IMG/VR virus record: IMGVR_UViG_3300037572_000374
Coordinates: 1-64,000 of that record
DNA length: 64,000 nt
Reading direction: 5' to 3' (one strand)
From: a virus
Of this stretch, positions 10,600 to 17,680 are shown one piece after another. The stretch's first letter is position 1. The number at the start of each line of letters is the position of its first letter. The notes under the pieces were generated by a model, which worked only from the letters and a program-made list of their open reading frames with translations, was not told the origin of the DNA and ran no database searches. The position numbers and the translations under genes are program-made.

Positions 10600-10799
10600 A
10601 AAAAAACAAAAATAATTCATTTTATTGTTGCACGGGTGGAAACTATGGGGTATCTTTATACTGATATTCCAGAAACAGATGATTTAAAAAAAAGAATACA
10701 CTCCCCCTCACTCTTTGTTTACCCCCTCCGGACAGTATAAAGATACTACTATTATATATACTATGCAACAGTTAACAAGAAAAATATTAAAAAAGATTT

Positions 10800-10950
10800 G
10801 TGCAGTAAAAAGTCTGTACTAAAAAAAAAGAGCATACTAAGTACAGACAGTCCAGGCAAAAGCCTGCACAGTACAGAATGTCCAGACAGTACAGGATAAT
10901 AGTATGCACTAAGTATGCTGGTACAGACAGTGCAGTAAAAAGTATGGACA
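10800..10950. repeat. Degenerate short tandem repeats (AGT[A/C]CAG[A/G]C-like units) bounded by GCAGTAAAAAGT
   Basis: Repeated AGTACAGAC / AGTCCAGGC / AGTACAGAA / TGTCCAGAC / AGTACAGGA units in a non-coding stretch. Confidence 0.55.
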
Positions 10951-11038
10951 AAAATAATTTAAAATAAATGAAATAAATGTTGCCTGGTGTTTGTAAAAGC
11001 ATTATCTTTATCTTGTCAAACAATAACAAATAGAAATT

Positions 11039-11266
11039 ATGAAAAACGATTGGGCAATTATCAAATCAGATTTAACATCAAGTCAAAAGGATGCAGCAGA
11101 ATATTTAGTAGATGAGTATAGAAATCAAAAAGGAAGTAGTATTTTAAAAGCTATCAAAACTTGTAGAAAGAATATGTTAGCTCAAGGGTGGGATATCACG
11201 GAGAGAGATTTACAAGATGCTTGTGCATTCCATAATGTATTGAACGAGTACGCATCAACAATTTAA
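11039..11266 (+). CDS. Early hypothetical protein
   Basis: Has its own early promoter at 10979. Confidence 0.75.
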   Translation: MKNDWAIIKSDLTSSQKDAAEYLVDEYRNQKGSSILKAIKTCRKNMLAQGWDITERDLQDACAFHNVLNEYASTI

Positions 11267-11319
11267 TTAAAAATAAATCAAATAAAAGTTGCCTGGTAAG
11301 TATAAGTAGAGTATCTTTA

Positions 11320-11388
11320 CATCGTCAGGCAAAGGCCTAGGGCATCAGGAAAACAGAGCTACATTTAATTATGTGGCTCTTTCCTTTT
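11320..11388 (+). ncRNA. Putative small RNA unit 1 (promoter, about 65 nt, terminator hairpin)
   Basis: No ORF; shares CATCAGGA..ACAGAGCTA-loop-T[GA]GCTCTTTCCTTTT with unit 2. Confidence 0.45.
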
Positions 11389-11451
11389 ACAAAAGTTTTT
11401 TAAAATAAATGAAATAAAAGTTGCCTAGTGTTTGAAAAAGACTTATCTTTA

Positions 11452-11527
11452 CCATGTGAATGGGACATATGAACTCAAAGACATCAGGAGCACAGAGCTA
11501 ATCAGAAATGGTTAGCTCTTTCCTTTT
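11452..11527 (+). ncRNA. Putative small RNA unit 2
   Basis: Paralogue of 11320-11388 with its own promoter at 11420. Confidence 0.45.
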
Positions 11528-11774
11528 GCAAAAACTTTTGAAAATAATTCATTTAACTGTTGCTAGTATGAAAACTATGGAGTATCTTTATCAGTACCAT
11601 TCGACCCCATTTGATTTGACACCAAAGGGAGTGACAAAGATCCTCCTTATCTTTCTATCTGACAACAGCAAGCGCTTATTTATATTCATTCTGGATAACA
11701 AAAGTTTTTTAAATAATTGTTGCCTGGTAGTTGCTTATGGAGTATCTTTGTCATGTCAAACAGATATAGATATT

Positions 11775-12059
11775 ATGAAAAATCAAGCAAAAGTACAACA
11801 AGTAGAAAACGGATTAAGAGCATTAGGTTTAAACTTCCCAGTAGGAGTAGAGAAGATAGATCATGAAACAGTAATCTTCATTACACACACTCCTAAGAAA
11901 GGGAATGCATTTGGAGTAGATGTAGAGACTTTAGATAGATACTTCAGTGCAGATGTAATGTTAAACAAGTACCATGACATGATCAAGTACTGGAGGTTAA
12001 CTGAGGATGAGAGAATGGCTATACAAGGTCACCCAATGCAGTGGTGTTTAAATAACTAA
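11775..12059 (+). CDS. Early hypothetical protein (start reassigned to 11775)
   Basis: Promoter at 11719 and leader point to MKNQAK as the start. Confidence 0.75.
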   Translation: MKNQAKVQQVENGLRALGLNFPVGVEKIDHETVIFITHTPKKGNAFGVDVETLDRYFSADVMLNKYHDMIKYWRLTEDERMAIQGHPMQWCLNN

Positions 12060-12073
12060 TTCATATAGACAAG

Positions 12074-12355
12074 ATGAAAAAACAAATAAGTAAGACATAT
12101 AAGTGGCAGTGGGTAGATGTAGATGGAAGATGGTGTGGCTGGAATTGGACAACAGCCTTCAGTAAAGCTGAAGCAAGGAGAGCAGCTAAGAAGATGCAAT
12201 CTCCAGTAAGAGAAATTGTATATGATGTTAGAGTAGAGGGAAGGATAGAGCAAAGGACAGAGACGTACAAAGGTATGTTCTTAGATGAGAGTTCTCTTAG
12301 GAGAGTAACCAATAAGGAGTTCACAGATACATGGAATAGATCATATCAAGATTAG
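12074..12355 (+). CDS. Early hypothetical protein
   Basis: Co-oriented ORF followed by a hairpin terminator at about 12376-12402. Confidence 0.7.
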   Translation: MKKQISKTYKWQWVDVDGRWCGWNWTTAFSKAEARRAAKKMQSPVREIVYDVRVEGRIEQRTETYKGMFLDESSLRRVTNKEFTDTWNRSYQD

Positions 12356-12647
12356 ATTTGTTTGACGATTAATCTAGGAGGGGACCATTATGGTCCTCTC
12401 TACTTGTGTCCAAAATCTTTTTAAAACTTTTTTGGTTTACTGTTGCATAGTAAAAAGATAAGGGTGATCTTTATGATACTGTTCAGTGTTAAATGATTTG
12501 ACAACAGATTGTATCTACAAAGATACTATAATGGTTTCAACTAGACAACAAGAAAGTGTTATTTATATTCAAACTAAATAACAAACAAATGTTGTGAGAT
12601 CGTTTGATTGGTAGTATCTTTATATCAAAGAAATAAATATAAGTATT

Positions 12648-12860
12648 ATGAAAATTCAAGTATTAGATTTAATTAAAGACCTACAAGCTCAGATAGCTGT
12701 ACTCGAACCTATGTTAGGGGAAGAGGTAGATGTACATTATTCTTCAGATGACATTAATGGTTATGGAGGAGACATTACTCAAGTACAATATTGTTCAACT
12801 GACATTCATGTTGTAGAGGAAGGAGTAATACATATTGCAACTAACTTTGAAAAGATATAG
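12648..12860 (+). CDS. Early hypothetical protein
   Basis: After the promoter at 12591. Confidence 0.7.
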   Translation: MKIQVLDLIKDLQAQIAVLEPMLGEEVDVHYSSDDINGYGGDITQVQYCSTDIHVVEEGVIHIATNFEKI

Positions 12861-13101
12861 GTATGGAAAGATATGATGTGGAATACAGAGATGTAGAAGG
12901 AGACAATTATGAACAGAGCTTTGATACAGAGAGAGAGGCTTGGGAGTTCATTAGAAGGCTTCAAAAGGAGGACTGCACAGTAGTTCAAACTTGGGTTTAT
13001 ATTGATGATGAATATAAGGGAGGATTTTATTAAAAATAATTTAGGTAGCTGTTGTGTAGTAAATATATAATGGCTATCTTTATATCAAAGAAATAAATAT
13101 T

Positions 13102-13251
13102 ATGACAGTAGAAACAACTTATTTTGTAAAGAACAAATCAACAAACGAACTTTTACTTTCAACTGGAATCAAATCTAGAGCAATACTAAATTGTGACACT
13201 AGAACTGAGTACATAGAGGAGAGAGTAACAACAATAAAAACCATATACTAA
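13102..13251 (+). CDS. 49-aa early protein ending in the first attC-like half-site
   Basis: MTVETTYFVK...TIKTIY, downstream of promoter 13051. Confidence 0.55.
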   Translation: MTVETTYFVKNKSTNELLLSTGIKSRAILNCDTRTEYIEERVTTIKTIY

Positions 13252-13272
13252 TACGTTATAAACTGAAAAATT

Positions 13273-13428
13273 ATGAATTGGATAACTAAAAAGTTGATGC
13301 AGTACCAACTTAAAAAAGCAAAGAAACAATTAACAAAGCAAGAATATTCATTTACAAAACGTGCCTTTGGTGATATGGTGAAAAGTTATGAAAGTGCAAT
13401 ACGCTTTCTTGAAGCAAATAGTAGATAA
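13273..13428 (+). CDS. 51-aa cassette-borne protein
   Basis: MNWITKKLMQ...LEANSR, between inverted core sites. Confidence 0.6.
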   Translation: MNWITKKLMQYQLKKAKKQLTKQEYSFTKRAFGDMVKSYESAIRFLEANSR

Positions 13429-13494
13429 TTTTATTGTTTATAACTTATATGGTTATGATTAGTTGAGATTTATTAAAACTTAAAATTAAATAAA

Positions 13495-13899
13495 ATGAAA
13501 AATTTAGAAAAACAAGCAATAGGAATAGTAGCACAACTCTTTGATTTAGCAGAAGTGCCAGTAGATAAGAGGCAACAAATAAATGATGTTGCTTATGACT
13601 ACGTAACTGAACAATTAATTATAACCGATGTTAGCAAATGTAACTGCGATGTCATAAATTTAAAAACGATGATTGATAAAGGACAAAAGATTAAAATTAA
13701 AGACAATGTAGTGGTCGAATTAATGAAATTAGGTTTTGAAAAAGGTTCGGCTGAAAGTATGAAAGTGTTTGAAAATACAGAACAGATTGCTCACGATATT
13801 TACGAAGATGAAGGCACTACATATGTAACTGTTGAAATGTGTTGTGAAATACCACTACAATGTTGTGAAGCGTTGGAAGAAAAAGAAGCTACATCTTAA
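13495..13899 (+). CDS. Hypothetical protein reading through an attC-like crossover (QLIITDVS)
   Basis: Starts in the hairpin loop; GTT at 13630 is an in-frame Val codon. Confidence 0.75.
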   Translation: MKNLEKQAIGIVAQLFDLAEVPVDKRQQINDVAYDYVTEQLIITDVSKCNCDVINLKTMIDKGQKIKIKDNVVVELMKLGFEKGSAESMKVFENTEQIAHDIYEDEGTTYVTVEMCCEIPLQCCEALEEKEATS

Positions 13900-14009
13900 A
13901 CATTGATTAAAAGAACGAAATCTAGCATAGTTTTTATACTGTGTTAGCTTTCGTTTTAATGTTTGCTAACGTATTTGTATAACCGCAGTTGCGATAAATT
14001 AAAAACAAA

Positions 14010-14276
14010 ATGAGTAAAGAAGCAGAAGAATTTTTTAGACAAAAGACAATAGAAAATGCTAAAAGACCAAGGATGAAGAAATTCCTTGCATTAGTAAACA
14101 GAGAAGCGGAAGGAAAGATTATGCAAGAATACGCTGACCAGCAATTCCGGCTATACGATGTTAGCCAACAACGTGAACTGTTATTAGCTTATCACAGATA
14201 TTTAACAAAAGAACTTAGTTTAGATTTAAACGAGTTGTGGGTAGATGAACATTTAAAAGCTAATAATTATTACTAA
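14010..14276 (+). CDS. Hypothetical protein reading through an attC-like crossover (QFRLYDVSQQRELL)
   Basis: Starts in the hairpin loop; GTT at 14160 is in frame; stop codon lies within TAAC. Confidence 0.75.
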   Translation: MSKEAEEFFRQKTIENAKRPRMKKFLALVNREAEGKIMQEYADQQFRLYDVSQQRELLLAYHRYLTKELSLDLNELWVDEHLKANNYY

Positions 14277-14525
14277 CCAATACATAAAGATAAATAACAT
14301 GAAGATAAAAATTACATTTGAACCTGGGATAGATTTCAAACCTATGGAAGGATGTGACAGTTGTATGACAATATATAATCCTGAGATACTAGACGATCCA
14401 AGTGTGAAAGAATACTTGAGGAGAACTAGTAAGAATAACGAATAAGTAATTTGTTTTTAATTTGTTTGATAGAGAGGTGGGACTTGTTATCCCACCTTTC
14501 GACATACACAAAAACTAATAAAGAT

Positions 14526-14987
14526 ATGACACTAAATGAGAAAAGAAAACTTTGGAGAGATGCTAACCCTGATAAGGTTAAAGCATCTAGAGATAAATGG
14601 AATCAATCTAACAAAGATAAGCTAGCAGGCTACAATAAGAAATGGAATGAGGATAATAAGGAAGCTAACAGAGCCATTAACTTAGAGAGACAGAGAGCCT
14701 ACAGAAAGACAAAGGTTGGTGTAGTTACTTGCATATATGGAGGTATGAAGGTTAGTAGTAAGAGAAGACAACACCCTGCACCAAACTTTTCTTCAAAAGA
14801 ATTGAGGGAGTGGATATTCTCTCAACCAAACTTTGAACAACTCTATACTGATTGGGTAGCTTCTGATTACAGCAGATGGATGAAACCTTCTTGTGACAGA
14901 ATAGACAGTTCTCTACCCTACACATTTGATAATCTTCAGCTAATGACTTGGAGAGAGAATGACAAAAAAGAGAAGTCTAACCTATAA
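14526..14987 (+). CDS. HNH-type endonuclease (start reassigned to 14526)
   Basis: C-terminal SCDRIDSSLPYTFDNLQLMTWREN His-Me finger variant; basic N-terminal repeats. Confidence 0.8.
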   Translation: MTLNEKRKLWRDANPDKVKASRDKWNQSNKDKLAGYNKKWNEDNKEANRAINLERQRAYRKTKVGVVTCIYGGMKVSSKRRQHPAPNFSSKELREWIFSQPNFEQLYTDWVASDYSRWMKPSCDRIDSSLPYTFDNLQLMTWRENDKKEKSNL

Positions 14988-15151
14988 AGATCACCTATTA
15001 CTTTCAACCATGCAACAGTTAATATCATAAAGTAATAGCATAATCACTAATGGACATAACCAAAAGTGAATAGAGATAGAGAGGACCTCTGAGGATTGAA
15101 CACAGGTAAATAAACAAGGAAAGGACCTTTGTTCAATCAAACATAGGTAAC

Positions 15152-15199
15152 AAAAAAAAAGACCCTAGAGATTAATTACTTCTCTAGAGTCTTAGTTTT
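15152..15199. terminator. Bidirectional terminator between the converging early units
   Basis: A-run, GACCCTAGAGA/TCTCTAGAGTC hairpin, T-rich tail. Confidence 0.7.
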
Positions 15200-15432
15200 A
15201 TTAAGTGAGGCTGTGCCTTAGGAGATCTCTTTTGAGATACAGAGCTGATACTCTTTCATCCTCCTCTCCTATCAGAGAGAGTTATTTTGTTACACAGTTA
15301 TGAGAAACTTCTTCTCGTCCTTTGCTCAAGTTCATTATCTTGTCCTATTATTATAGATGCTCTACTTTAAGCTAACCTCCGTCTGGAGACTTGGTAGTAA
15401 TGTTACCCCAAGACCTTCTATAAACAATTAAA

Positions 15433-15600
15433 TTAATCATTTCCGTTAGGGCAACACCAGCCGTTTACCTTTATAGTTTTACCATCACCATATTTTTCAA
15501 TTATCTTAATTGCTTTTTTCATAGCTTTACCGTCTAACGGCTTACCGTCTGTTTGTGTAGGACACCCACACCACCCACATCTAAATAAGTTTGCATTCAT
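15433..15600 (-). CDS. 55-aa Cys-rich cassette protein
   Basis: MNANLFRCGWCGCP...GWCCPNGND, translated by hand. Confidence 0.55.
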   Translation of the reverse strand: MNANLFRCGWCGCPTQTDGKPLDGKAMKKAIKIIEKYGDGKTIKVNGWCCPNGND

Positions 15601-15642
15601 AATTATTAATTTAAAAGTTCATATACAATTCGTTGTAGGCAA

Positions 15643-15891
15643 TTAAAGCCTTTCCATTATTTCCGAAAGCCTATCACTATTATGCGGTTGGCAGTTATCA
15701 TAAGCAAAGTCTTTTAAATCTTCTAAAGCTTTTAACTGTTCGCTTCGCCCCACAACATCGGTTAAAGTTAATTGCTCAGTTTTGTACTCGTTTAAATAAG
15801 CATCCATTGCTTTATGTATTTCATCCCATTGCATAGGCGTTAATCTACCTATCATTGGGTGTAATTTTAAAATGTCTTGTTTGTTTTTCAT
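15643..15891 (-). CDS. Hypothetical protein reading through an attC-like crossover (QLTLTDVVGRSEQL)
   Basis: ATG at 15891 lies in the loop; core GTT at 15756 is in frame. Confidence 0.7.
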   Translation of the reverse strand: MKNKQDILKLHPMIGRLTPMQWDEIHKAMDAYLNEYKTEQLTLTDVVGRSEQLKALEDLKDFAYDNCQPHNSDRLSEIMERL

Positions 15892-15956
15892 TTTATGTTT
15901 ATTTAATTCTGTTAATATCCCACGCAACTAACCATATACTAATACGTTATAAACAA

Positions 15957-16097
15957 TTAAAAATAACCGCTTTCGTGCAATCTAATATAAGCCTCGCAAT
16001 TTGCAAGGTTGCTTTGGTACGCAACACTATCATCATCTGCATTTAATACTTGGTAAGTATCGTTCATAAGTAATTGTACTCTAAAATTTCGTTCCAT
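15957..16097 (-). CDS. 46-aa cassette protein
   Basis: MERNFRVQLL...HESGYF, between core sites 15946 and 16125. Confidence 0.55.
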   Translation of the reverse strand: MERNFRVQLLMNDTYQVLNADDDSVAYQSNLANCEAYIRLHESGYF

Positions 16098-16188
16098 AAT
16101 TCATTTATTTTTAAAAGTTAATAACACCGCATATAATTCATTTGCAACTTGTCTGTGCGGTAAGGCAAACAAATCATATTCGTTTCCG

Positions 16189-16392
16189 TTATAAACAATT
16201 TAATACTAAACTTTTACCTTTCAATATAGCATAGTCTTGTATCTGTGTCATAAAAAGCACAACTCCACTATTATTAGGTCTGTGCTTACTGTACATTAAA
16301 AGCATACCAAAAGAATTATTGTATTGTTCAATAGTTTTACTGCTTTTTAAACACTTGTAAATTTTGTCTAATTTTTTAAATTCTGTTTTCAT
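16189..16392 (-). CDS. 67-aa cassette protein
   Basis: Stop codon lies within the inverse core site. Confidence 0.65.
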   Translation of the reverse strand: MKTEFKKLDKIYKCLKSSKTIEQYNNSFGMLLMYSKHRPNNSGVVLFMTQIQDYAILKGKSLVLNCL

Positions 16393-16509
16393 ATTTCCGT
16401 ATTAAAAAGTTAATAACAACGTATAAAATTAATACGCTATGATGGTCAGTACTTTAATTTAAACTTCTGTAATAGGCGTACTAACCTTATACCTATCAGT
16501 TGGTGATAA

Positions 16510-16734
16510 TTAGGGCTTATCTCCTAAAAAAGAAAGTCCTTCAAACAACTCTACATATTTGCCAAATACGTTCTTAACTCCAAGTATATTAAATATAATA
16601 AGGCTTATAAGCATAGGTACATATAGCAAGGCTACTACAAACAAAACCCTAACTATAACCAACACCCTATATAAAATATTAAATAGTATTGTTTCTTTAA
16701 AAGGCTTGTCGTTTACTTTTAATTGTATTTTCAT
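16510..16734 (-). CDS. Membrane protein reading through an attC-like crossover
   Basis: Starts in the loop of site 16655-16793; hydrophobic C-terminal half. Confidence 0.6.
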   Translation of the reverse strand: MKIQLKVNDKPFKETILFNILYRVLVIVRVLFVVALLYVPMLISLIIFNILGVKNVFGKYVELFEGLSFLGDKP

Positions 16735-16785
16735 TTTTATAAAATTTAAGTTATTATTAATTTAACATTCCATATATGCGAAACG

Positions 16786-16929
16786 TTATATGCAATTAAA
16801 CATTCGTTGTATATCTTCGTTTGGTACATCTTTCCAAAACATCTGTCTAAACATACAATAGTATTTATTTGTTTTCTCTTGTTTTTCTGTTGGCGTTAAG
16901 TTATTCCACCATATATTAAAGTTCTTCAT
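16786..16929 (-). CDS. 47-aa cassette protein
   Basis: MKNFNIWWNN...MFNCI; flanked by perfect 9-bp inverted cores GTTATATGC/GCATATAAC. Confidence 0.6.
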   Translation of the reverse strand: MKNFNIWWNNLTPTEKQEKTNKYYCMFRQMFWKDVPNEDIQRMFNCI

Positions 16930-17434
16930 CTCTCAAAGTATTAAAAGCATATAACAAAGGCTAAAATTAATAGCCTAAATACGCTTAGTTTTTTAATTGA
17001 TTAGTTCATTACTTAGGCTACTAATCTTAGCCAAACCGTTAGGCAGAACATTAAAACGATTTGCCAACAATGTATATAAACAATTTCTCAAATGATTGGA
17101 TCCTCTTTCAACCCATTTCACTCTTTTATTTAACTACATCCCTTAGGGATGTAAGCAATTGTCCTTAATGTATTGAAGTTTGTTAGTGGGATTGCAATGC
17201 CATCTTTGAATAGCTAGCCTATTATTTAACGTGACTTACACACGGTAGTATTACTATAGCTTGACAAGCCTATTAACATGTTACTTCAAAATTTTCAATG
17301 AACTTATGTCTTGGTAGGCTAGTGAGAGACTTGCTCTGCTTCTTCGAGAACCTTTCCTAAAAAGGCTGCCTTCTTTCGACATGATAAAGATACTCTTATT
17401 TAAACATACGGGGCAACAAAAAGTTTAATTATTT

Positions 17435-17680
17435 TTAATTATTTTTTTGAGGCAAAGTTAAAATTAACACTACCACCTTTACTAGTGTGGCTCCCATGAT
17501 TGAAAAAGCTATATGTTTATTTGGCATATCTGCAAACTCTTTAAAGCCATACACAAGCATGCCATCCATTACTAACATAAGTATTAAAGGTAACATTGCA
17601 AATTCTTGAGGTAGTAATCTACCTATTCTCTGAGATACTAATGCTATCAAAAGCATCCCTACTATTAGTCCTATTATCAT
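17435..17680 (-). CDS. Small 3-TM membrane protein
   Basis: Three hydrophobic segments. Confidence 0.7.
   Translation of the reverse strand: MIIGLIVGMLLIALVSQRIGRLLPQEFAMLPLILMLVMDGMLVYGFKEFADMPNKHIAFSIMGATLVKVVVLILTLPQKNN

Larger units (their letters stand above)
13239..14277 (+). mobile_element. Integron-like gene cassette array 1 (three cassettes, two long-loop attC-like sites)
   Basis: Cassette ends GTTATAAAC(13255)/GTTTATAAC(13436) and GTTAGCAAA(13630)/TTTGCTAAC(13962); arms 13451-13465/13612-13626 and 13977-13992/14141-14156. Confidence 0.75.
15418..17085 (-). mobile_element. Integron-like gene cassette array 2 (about six ORF cassettes, one empty cassette, five full attC-like sites)
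   Basis: Sites at 15748-15954, 16117-16196, 16409-16507, 16655-16793 and 16947-17046, each AAC-N3-arm-loop-arm-N5/6-GTT on the + strand. Confidence 0.8.

Noticed and set aside
11508-11774. N-terminal extension of ORF 11508-12059 (similarly 14451, 20245-21090, 37351, 62068)
   Set aside because: The extensions run through promoters or terminators; downstream ATGs with A-rich leaders are more plausible starts.
10600-13100. CRISPR array suggested by regularly recurring repeats
   Set aside because: The repeats are promoter motifs with variable interiors and irregular spacing; there are no identical repeats with uniform spacers and no cas genes.
13239-17085. attC-like hairpins as ordinary intrinsic terminators
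   Set aside because: They lack GC stems with U-tails, several have loops of about 150 nt containing start codons, and all have fixed AAC/GTT cores and spacers.
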